A stretch of 10,135 nt of DNA from the NCBI GenBank assembly GCA_016926735.1, contig JAFGOA010000055.1, positions 1 to 10,135 on the forward strand, written 5' to 3'. The stretch comes from Promethearchaeota archaeon. GTDB lineage: Archaea > Asgardarchaeota > Lokiarchaeia > Sigyniarchaeales > SOKP01. Made by a program: the position numbers and the translations under genes. The notes beneath the pieces are model-generated. The model had not been told where the DNA came from. It saw only the letters and a list, made by a program, of their open reading frames with translations, and made no database searches. Positions 1 to 6,476 of the stretch are shown here, in pieces; the first letter of the stretch is position 1, and each line of letters starts with the position of its first letter.

Positions 1-54
1 CAATTAAATGTTATAAAAAATAAATATATGATTCAATTCATAGCTAAATATGGA

Positions 55-69
55 AGAAAAACTTTTTGT
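55..69 (+). promoter_or_regulatory. Possible BRE/TATA-like promoter for guaA (leaderless transcript)
   Basis: A purine-rich AGAAAAAC is followed by TTTTTGT about 27 nt upstream of ATG 96, and there is no Shine-Dalgarno before the ATG. The TATA match is imperfect and the region is very AT-rich. Confidence 0.3.
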
Positions 70-95
70 CATATGTAAAAAAATATATATTATAT

Positions 96-1655
96 ATGGA
101 TAAAATAATAGTCTTAGATTTTGGAGGACAATATTGCCATCTAATTGCTAGACGTATTCGAGATTTGGGTGTATATTCTGAGATTCTGCCTTTTAATATA
201 GAAATTAACAAACTTAAAATAATTAATCCTAAAGGAATTATTCTATCTGGAGGTCCTAATAGTGTATATGATGACAATAGCCCTCAATTAACAGAAGAAT
301 TTTCTAACTATATTCTCAAAGAAAAAATTCCTATTCTGGGAATATGTTATGGTTTTCATTTAATTATTAATAAATTTGGAGGAAAAATAGAATCTAAAGA
401 ATTTAAAGAGTATGGTCTCACCGAACTTAATATTTCCAGCTTAGATGAAATATTCGATGGACTTGATCAAACAGAGACTGTTTGGATGTCTCATGGTGAT
501 CAAGTAGTCAAAATACCTAAAGATTTTGAGATCTTGGCATCTACTAATAAATGCCCAATAGCAGCTTATAAAAATAAAAATAATCTATTATATGGGGTTC
601 AATTTCATCCTGAAGTAAAACATACTCCAAAAGGAGATGTTATTCTTAATAATTTTATAAAAAATATTGCTAAGACCAATAAAGAATGGAAATTAGAAAA
701 TTGGATTGAAAAAGAAATCGAAAGTATAAGAAGTCAAGTAGGAAATAATAAAAAAGTAATATTAGGTTTAAGTGGTGGTGTGGATTCTTCTGTTGCAGCT
801 ATTTTACTGCATAAAGCAATTGGTGATAGATTACATTGTATTTTTGTTAATAATGGCTTACTTAGAAAAAATGAAGAATCTGAAGTACAAAAAACATTTA
901 AAGATAAATTAAATTTTAAAAACTTTCATTATATTGATGCTGAGCAGAATTTTATAAAAAAATTGGAAAATATAGTAGACCCTGAAGAAAAACGTAGAAT
1001 AATAGGACATGAATTTATAAAGGTATTTGAGAAGAAAACTCGTGAACTGGAAAAAGAATATCCTGATATAGAATATCTTGCTCAAGGTACTATTTATCCA
1101 GATAGAGTTGAGACTGCTGCGACTAGTAAATCAGCAGCAAAAATAAAATCTCATCACAATCTAACTTTACCTGAGGATATGACCCTTAAATTAATAGAAC
1201 CTTTATCTGATTTATATAAAGATGAAGTTAGAAAAATTGGGTTAAGTCTTGGATTACCTGAAGACATTATTAACAGACATCCTTTTCCGGGTCCAGGATT
1301 AGCTGTGAGAATAATAGGTGCTATAAATAAGGAAAGATTAAATATACTAAGAGATGCAGATACAATTTTAATCGAGGAAATTAAAAAAGCAGGAATTTAT
1401 AATCAGATATGGCAAGCATTTTGTGTATTTTTACCTCTTAAAACTGTTGGAATAATGGGTGATTTCCGAACATATGAATATTTATGTGCTATCCGTATTG
1501 TTGAATCTTTAGATGCGATGACTGCTAATTTTGCAAAAATTAATTGGGATCTATTAGAAAAAATTAGTTCAAGAATAATAAATGAAGTTAAAGGAATAAA
1601 TAGAGTTGTATATGATATATCAAATAAACCTCCAGCTACTATAGAATTTGAGTAA
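96..1655 (+). CDS. guaA: GMP synthase (glutamine-hydrolysing), fused class I glutamine amidotransferase + ATP pyrophosphatase + C-terminal domain
   Basis: Motifs IIVLDFGGQY, ILSGGPNSV, GICYG (catalytic Cys), WMSHGD, QFHPEV (His/Glu of the triad), PP-loop SGGVDSS, LAQGTIYPD, IKSHHN, RHPFPGPGLAVR and C-terminal YDISNKPPATIEFE. Start placed at ATG 96 (MDKIIVLDF) rather than TTG 66 because family similarity begins there. Confidence 0.97.
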   Translation: MDKIIVLDFGGQYCHLIARRIRDLGVYSEILPFNIEINKLKIINPKGIILSGGPNSVYDDNSPQLTEEFSNYILKEKIPILGICYGFHLIINKFGGKIESKEFKEYGLTELNISSLDEIFDGLDQTETVWMSHGDQVVKIPKDFEILASTNKCPIAAYKNKNNLLYGVQFHPEVKHTPKGDVILNNFIKNIAKTNKEWKLENWIEKEIESIRSQVGNNKKVILGLSGGVDSSVAAILLHKAIGDRLHCIFVNNGLLRKNEESEVQKTFKDKLNFKNFHYIDAEQNFIKKLENIVDPEEKRRIIGHEFIKVFEKKTRELEKEYPDIEYLAQGTIYPDRVETAATSKSAAKIKSHHNLTLPEDMTLKLIEPLSDLYKDEVRKIGLSLGLPEDIINRHPFPGPGLAVRIIGAINKERLNILRDADTILIEEIKKAGIYNQIWQAFCVFLPLKTVGIMGDFRTYEYLCAIRIVESLDAMTANFAKINWDLLEKISSRIINEVKGINRVVYDISNKPPATIEFE

Positions 1656-1663
1656 AAAAAAAA
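1654..1663 (-). terminator. Oligo-T tract (A10 on +) in the 15 bp gap between convergent genes; likely archaeal-type terminator for the C45-like gene
   Basis: The run of A at 1654-1663 reads as T10 on the minus strand, 7 nt after the stop codon at 1671-1673. Confidence 0.5.
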
Positions 1664-1670
1664 TATGGAT

Positions 1671-2870
1671 TTACATCCAAATAAATCCATAATCATTATT
1701 AACTAATCCAATTCCAAATTTTACGCAATTTTTATCCATAGAAATATATCCTAAAGTTGCTGGTTCTAATAAATCAATTGGATATCTGTTTATAGAAGCA
1801 TCAGTACCGTCATTATATTGCATTAGATTAATAAATTCTTCCGTTGTTATTTTTCCATCATTTTGATTTGCTAAGCTTAATAATTCTTCACCTTTTGCTT
1901 GGCGTGCTATAGAATAAGAAGGATCTATAAGAAATTGAGCAAAATCTGGTCTTAAATAAGTGTTTGTTCTCACTTTAATATCTTCAATTTCTTGAATATC
2001 AACATTTTCAGTCAAATATGGATTTAATTGAATTGTTTGAACTGCTACACCATTTCCTTTTTTATCAGTAATAATATAATTATATCCAGCAGGAAAACTA
2101 GAGAGCATGATATTCAAACATTCTTCTGTATTTTTTGAAGTTTCAAAAGCAATCATTGATTTAATTGACGTAGGAGTACCAAAATCACCAGGGATAACAT
2201 TTTGAACAAGATTTGTTACCATCATAACGTCTCGATTATTTTTTCCAATAGGATATGAAAAAGCTCCCTGCCAAAGTGAAAAAACAGTTGTTGAATGGGA
2301 ATTAATCAAGGTATATTTTACAAATGCAAGAGTAGGTTGCATAATTGCCCATAAATCATATGTTTGACCTATGGTTTTATCTGAACCAAAAGCTGAACAT
2401 CCTGCAATTTGTTCCATCAATGCTTGAATTGCATATGGAACTAATATTCCATAATAAACATCCATCCATGTTATTTGAAACATAATATCATGATAAGATA
2501 ATCCTGTTGCGTCTGAAACACCTTGAATGAATAATAGATAATTATCTGGGATTGATGCCTCATAAAAAGTCATAAGTCCAGCTACATACTCTATAGAAAT
2601 ATTATTCATAGCAGCAATAGATTTTAAAATAGTATCTAATGTATAAATTGGTTCAATGAGTTTATTGCCTATTTGTAATCCTAATTGGTAATGATCAGAA
2701 GCTATCACTCTTAAATATTTTTGACTATTTGTTTCAATCCAATATGAGTAACCAAATTCTTTATTTTCACAAGCTACAGTAGAATTAATTTGTACGAATA
2801 AAAAGGCACTAGTTGAAAATAACAATAATATTAGAAACAAAAAAGACTTCTTTTTTTGCATTTTTACCAT
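1671..2870 (-). CDS. Secreted or membrane-anchored peptidase C45-like (acyl-CoA:6-APA acyltransferase / Ntn-hydrolase) proenzyme
   Basis: The N-terminus is basic then hydrophobic (MQKKKSFLFLILLLFSTSAFLFVQ), like a signal peptide. Pro-region motifs YQLGLQIG and FIQGVSDATGLS precede a putative autocleavage site G|C158-SAF, followed by IGQTYD (cf. GQNWD), GKNNRDV, YNYIITD, RTNTY and SIAR. The start could be 2870 or 2861. Confidence 0.7.
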   Translation of the reverse strand: MVKMQKKKSFLFLILLLFSTSAFLFVQINSTVACENKEFGYSYWIETNSQKYLRVIASDHYQLGLQIGNKLIEPIYTLDTILKSIAAMNNISIEYVAGLMTFYEASIPDNYLLFIQGVSDATGLSYHDIMFQITWMDVYYGILVPYAIQALMEQIAGCSAFGSDKTIGQTYDLWAIMQPTLAFVKYTLINSHSTTVFSLWQGAFSYPIGKNNRDVMMVTNLVQNVIPGDFGTPTSIKSMIAFETSKNTEECLNIMLSSFPAGYNYIITDKKGNGVAVQTIQLNPYLTENVDIQEIEDIKVRTNTYLRPDFAQFLIDPSYSIARQAKGEELLSLANQNDGKITTEEFINLMQYNDGTDASINRYPIDLLEPATLGYISMDKNCVKFGIGLVNNDYGFIWM

Positions 2871-2891
2871 TTTAATTTTTTATAAAATTGG

Positions 2892-2929
2892 TTATAAAAA
2901 CTTTGTTAAAAATCTATATAAACCTTTTT
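2892..2929 (-). promoter_or_regulatory. Two tandem BRE-TATA candidates for the C45-like gene
   Basis: The minus strand reads AAAAAGG-TTTATATA (2929-2915) and AAAG-TTTTTATAA (2904-2892). The second ends about 22 nt upstream of ATG 2870, which fits a leaderless mRNA. Confidence 0.55.
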
Positions 2930-2960
2930 AAAATATGATTTTTTTGAAGATATTTTTAAT

Positions 2961-2992
2961 AAAAAGAAAAAAAAACTGATAAGTTTCAGTTT
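2961..2992 (-). terminator. Hairpin plus T-tract terminator after the stand-alone glutamate synthase FMN-domain gene
   Basis: A perfect 7 bp inverted repeat AAACTGA (2973-2979) / TCAGTTT (2986-2992) has a 6 nt loop. On the minus strand it runs into TTTTTTCTTTTT and starts 4 nt after the stop at 2997. Confidence 0.65.
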
Positions 2993-2996
2993 AGGT

Positions 2997-4646
2997 TTAA
3001 TAATTTCCAGAGTAGATTTCTTTCTTTACTAATTCTAAATCTAAATCTTCTTGTGATTTAATATCCAAACCCCAATGGCTACAGACATCTATAGCTCTCT
3101 GAGAGATACAAGCGATATCATTTCTAGATAGAAGATCTAATTTGAATTTTCTAACACCGGCTAGTAATTGTTTTAATCCTGTTCCAAGCTTACTTTTAAA
3201 GTATGTATATACTCCTAAAGCAGATGGAGGAATTTCTTTATCTGGAAATTTTCTTTTTAGTTGGTCATATTCAACAAAAGCTTCTGCTAATGTAAGGGTA
3301 TCTGGTTCTTTTTCTTTTGGAAATCCTAAAGAACTCAACATTCCACGAGATACAGATTTTTCTTCGATCCAATCTCCAACATTTTTTGCTTTCATAGCTG
3401 CTGTTATTGGTGCACGAGCCATTGCAATACAAGTTACATATGGAGCACCCATTGCTAATGATTTAAAAATTTGTGTTTCATTAGATATTCCTCCCGCAAT
3501 TGCTACTGTTGGAATCTTTGCATTAGGTGTTTTTTTCTTGATCATATCTAAACATCCTACTGTTAATGCCTCAAGATATGCTGTAGGAATAGAACCTTCA
3601 TTCATCATACTAACTGGGCTCATTCCTGTACCTCCTCCAGCTCCATCCAATGTAAGCCCATCAACTTTTCCTTCTACCGCTAATCTTATAATCCAAGCTG
3701 TTGCAGCTGGTCGATAAGCACCTGTTTTAATAAATAAATTTTTAGCACCAGCAGATCTTAATTGGTCAATTTCTTCCAATACATCTTCAGTTGATGAAAG
3801 ACCTACTCTGCTATGTCTTTCAAAGTCAGGAATTAATCCCGCATTCCATTCTTCTATAACAGAAGGATTTGAAGGATCAGGAATTACTAGATATCCTCTT
3901 TTTTGTAATAATTGTGCTCTTTCTAAGCTACTTAATCTAACTTCTCCTCCAATTGCTTTCGCTCCTTGTCCAAATTTAATTTCTAAAGATGTACAATCCA
4001 ATTTTGAAAGTACATAGTCGAAGACACCTAATCTTGTATCTTCTACATTTTTTTGAATAATAATATCCCCATGTTTTCCATCCCAATATTCTCTAAATGC
4101 ATTAACACGATATTTCATATCTTCTGTATCGACTACTTTTGGATACATTCCTCCATTTTCGAAATGTGCATTAGGATCCATCCCTACAACATTTTCTCCA
4201 ACTGTTATACTTGTACCTGCAAGTGCAGAACCCATTGCTAATCCGTCCCAATTCCTTTTCGCTACATAAGTACTTCCCAAACCGGCAATAACAAATGGTA
4301 ATTTTTGTGGAATTTTTCCCCAAAATGTGGATATATCAGCATTTGGAAAAATAACTGAATCTTCATGAACATCTGCGATTCCTTTGGCTCCTCTAACCTC
4401 AAATTGAATCTGAAAATCTCCAAATGAGAATCCAAAATCTTTTGGAGTTCCAGCTGTTGAATTTCCAAAATATTCTCTCATTGGATATAATACTTCCCGA
4501 CCTCTTAAAGCACTTTTACTTACCTCACAAAATACAGGACAATCATAAGTACAGATTGGACATAAACCAGATTCACATGAATCTTCTACTCTTGTTCTTG
4601 TACCTATCATTGAAGATCTGTGAGTTACCATTGAAAATTTTGTCAT
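2997..4646 (-). CDS. Stand-alone FMN-binding glutamate synthase family protein with N-terminal Cys-rich motif
   Basis: GltS FMN-barrel motifs IAGLGST, TVGENVVGMDP, EIKFGQGAKAIGGE, FERHSRVG, IKTGAYRP, LTLDGAGGGTGMSP, IAGG, IFKSLAMGAPYV and MARAP. The N-terminus has C24-x4-C29-x2-C32-x3-C36-x3-C40. An SD-like AGGT lies at 4658-4655. Confidence 0.9.
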   Translation of the reverse strand: MTKFSMVTHRSSMIGTRTRVEDSCESGLCPICTYDCPVFCEVSKSALRGREVLYPMREYFGNSTAGTPKDFGFSFGDFQIQFEVRGAKGIADVHEDSVIFPNADISTFWGKIPQKLPFVIAGLGSTYVAKRNWDGLAMGSALAGTSITVGENVVGMDPNAHFENGGMYPKVVDTEDMKYRVNAFREYWDGKHGDIIIQKNVEDTRLGVFDYVLSKLDCTSLEIKFGQGAKAIGGEVRLSSLERAQLLQKRGYLVIPDPSNPSVIEEWNAGLIPDFERHSRVGLSSTEDVLEEIDQLRSAGAKNLFIKTGAYRPAATAWIIRLAVEGKVDGLTLDGAGGGTGMSPVSMMNEGSIPTAYLEALTVGCLDMIKKKTPNAKIPTVAIAGGISNETQIFKSLAMGAPYVTCIAMARAPITAAMKAKNVGDWIEEKSVSRGMLSSLGFPKEKEPDTLTLAEAFVEYDQLKRKFPDKEIPPSALGVYTYFKSKLGTGLKQLLAGVRKFKLDLLSRNDIACISQRAIDVCSHWGLDIKSQEDLDLELVKKEIYSGNY

Positions 4647-4944
4647 ATTTTTCTACCTTTTAATTTTTAATAGAACTATTTAATATTTTTCGATTTTATC
4701 ATAATTTACCTTTGAAGATCTTTAGTTCATAAAGTTTCATACAAATTATGATTAATGCTTACTATTAATTTAACATATAAATAAATAGTATTAGTTAAAC
4801 GAGTATATTAGATATACCCAATATAACAAATATAGTTTCCTAAAAATATAAAAGAATAATAAATGACCAGAAAAACTCCTTTATTTTAGATATTCAAACC
4901 TATATTTTTCTTTATTATAAAAAAATATAACTAATTATATTATT

Positions 4945-5011
4945 TAATACTGAACGGAAGCCTATGATTCCCAGTCCTGCATGAACATTGTTCATAGAAA
5001 TGAAGGTATTA
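4945..5011. other. GC-enriched self-complementary island in the divergent intergenic region (candidate structured RNA or operator)
   Basis: About 44% GC (25/57 nt over 4950-5006) within very AT-rich flanks. It has terminal complementarity TAATAC/GTATTA, internal CTATGA/TCATAG, and the palindrome ATGAACA-T-TGTTCAT (4981-4995). Confidence 0.4.
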
Positions 5012-5043
5012 TAAAAAGTTAATAAAAAATATGAATTTATCAT

Positions 5044-5057
5044 AAACCTTTTATATT
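5044..5057 (+). promoter_or_regulatory. Candidate BRE-TATA promoter for the hdrBC-gltB123 operon
   Basis: AAACC-TTTTATAT lies about 80-100 nt upstream of the hdrBC coding start. The AT-rich context lowers specificity. Confidence 0.4.
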
Positions 5058-5149
5058 TTATTTGAATATAACTTATTAGAGTAAATATATTTTCAATACG
5101 TAAAATATATCTTTAATTATAATTAAAATAAAAATGGTGCAGTTGGGCA

Positions 5150-6475
5150 ATTCAAAAAGAAATAATTTTTTTCCCTGGATGTGTAATAAGTTATAGATTA
5201 CCATTTATCGAAGTGTCAATAAGAAAATTATTAGATCATTTTAATATCTCTATTGAAGATGACAAGAGATTTTCATGTTGTCCTGAACCAAATGGAATCA
5301 AAAATTCAAATGAATTGGTTTATTCATTGACAGCAGCTCGTAATTTAAGCATTGCTGAATCGAAAAATAAAGATATATTGACTCCGTGCAATGGGTGTTT
5401 TGAAACACTTAAAGGAATTAGAAGTGAAATTAAATCTGATTTGCATTTTAGAAATGAAATTAATGAACATCTTGAAAAAATTAATTTAAATGTGAGTGCT
5501 AAAAGTGATGTTTTTCATTTAGTTGAATTTTTTCATAAACTCGGTAGTGATATTATTAAGGATAGTATAAAATTTCCTCTTAATGGATTAAGAGTTGGCG
5601 TTCATTATGGATGTCATTTTCTCCGGCCAAGCAATAAAATTCAAATGGATGATCCTATGGAACCTCATATATTTGATGCTCTAATTGAAGATCTAGGTGC
5701 TAACAGTATTGAATATGATAGAAAAATGGATTGTTGCGGGGGAAGTTTAGATCGAGCTGGAAAAGCTGATTTTGGTTTGGAAATGGTTCATGATAAATTA
5801 GAAGCAATGAAAGATCAAAGAATTGATTGTATTGTTGTTGGTTGTCCACAATGTTTTATTCAATTTGATCACCTTCAACAAGATCTAAAAAAATTAGATT
5901 ATGTTTATGATATTCCTGTTCTATATTATTCAGAATTATTATGTATTGCTTTAGGATTAGATATAAAAGAAATTATGACGAAATATCATCGTACTCCAGT
6001 GGAAAAAGTATATGAAAAAATAGATTCAATTACCCGTAAAAATAAGTTAATTAAAGATTATTTCGATATAGAATTTTTAAAAAAATGCTTTAAATGTGGA
6101 GCATGTAATAATGATTGCCCCGTTGCTAAAATCACAGATTTTGATCCCAATAAACTTATTGGTCAGTTATTAAATGGAGATATTAACAGTGTTATTCAAG
6201 ATCCTTCTATTTGGATGTGTTTAGATTGTTTTGTTTGTTATGAATTATGTCCCTCAAAAGTTGGATTAGTAGAGATATTTACGAAACTTAGAAACCTAGC
6301 CAGAGAAAAAGGTTTCGTTGTTGAAGGATTTAGACATGAGTATGATTCTTTTAAAAAAATGGGAACAATCGCTATGTTCTCTAAAGCTGCTCGAAAAAGA
6401 GTAGGGTTGGATTCAAATAAACCTGAACTTGAAGATTTAAAAAAAATATTAAATGAAATTGAAGAGGAAAAATAA
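5150..6475 (+). CDS. hdrB: Heterodisulfide reductase subunit B - subunit C fusion (two CCG domains + C-terminal 2x[4Fe-4S] domain)
   Basis: The frame is open from 5132 (after TAA 5129) and reads IQKEIIFFPGCVISYRLPFIE upstream of the tracked GTG 5213. The first CCG domain is FFPGC...SCCPEP...TPCNGC and the second is HYGCHFLRP...DCCGG...GCPQC, followed by IPVLYYSELLCIALG. The HdrC-like part has CFKCGACNNDCP and IWMCLDCFVCYELCP. The start is uncertain (ATT 5150 assumed; see findings). Confidence 0.88.
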   Translation: MQKEIIFFPGCVISYRLPFIEVSIRKLLDHFNISIEDDKRFSCCPEPNGIKNSNELVYSLTAARNLSIAESKNKDILTPCNGCFETLKGIRSEIKSDLHFRNEINEHLEKINLNVSAKSDVFHLVEFFHKLGSDIIKDSIKFPLNGLRVGVHYGCHFLRPSNKIQMDDPMEPHIFDALIEDLGANSIEYDRKMDCCGGSLDRAGKADFGLEMVHDKLEAMKDQRIDCIVVGCPQCFIQFDHLQQDLKKLDYVYDIPVLYYSELLCIALGLDIKEIMTKYHRTPVEKVYEKIDSITRKNKLIKDYFDIEFLKKCFKCGACNNDCPVAKITDFDPNKLIGQLLNGDINSVIQDPSIWMCLDCFVCYELCPSKVGLVEIFTKLRNLAREKGFVVEGFRHEYDSFKKMGTIAMFSKAARKRVGLDSNKPELEDLKKILNEIEEEK

Positions 6476-6476
6476 G

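Noticed and set aside
44-277. 77 aa minus-strand ORF
   Set aside because: Antisense shadow of guaA with no recognisable motifs.
1403-1696. 97 aa minus-strand ORF
   Set aside because: Antisense to the conserved guaA C-terminus; shadow ORF.
3142-3717. 191 aa plus-strand ORF
   Set aside because: Codon-aligned antisense shadow of the FMN-domain gene, with a TTG start and no motifs.
4053-4663. Short ORFs 4053-4241, 4262-4468 and 4424-4663
   Set aside because: All overlap the well-supported 2997-4646 gene and have no independent signals.
4803-4817. GTATAT-TAG-ATATAC inverted repeat
   Set aside because: Only 6 bp AT-rich arms with no second copy; likely by chance in this composition.
4956-4971. 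NrpR-like operator GGAA...TTCC
   Set aside because: The spacer is 8 nt (GCCTATGA), not the 6 nt of the NrpR consensus; it is kept only as part of the structured island.
4945-5011. SECIS element, C/D box sRNA or hammerhead ribozyme interpretation of the island
   Set aside because: No gene in the window has an in-frame TGA (all end in TAA) and the island is not in a 3' UTR. There are no properly ordered RUGAUGA/CUGA boxes, and CTGAACG does not fit the CUGANGA hammerhead core.
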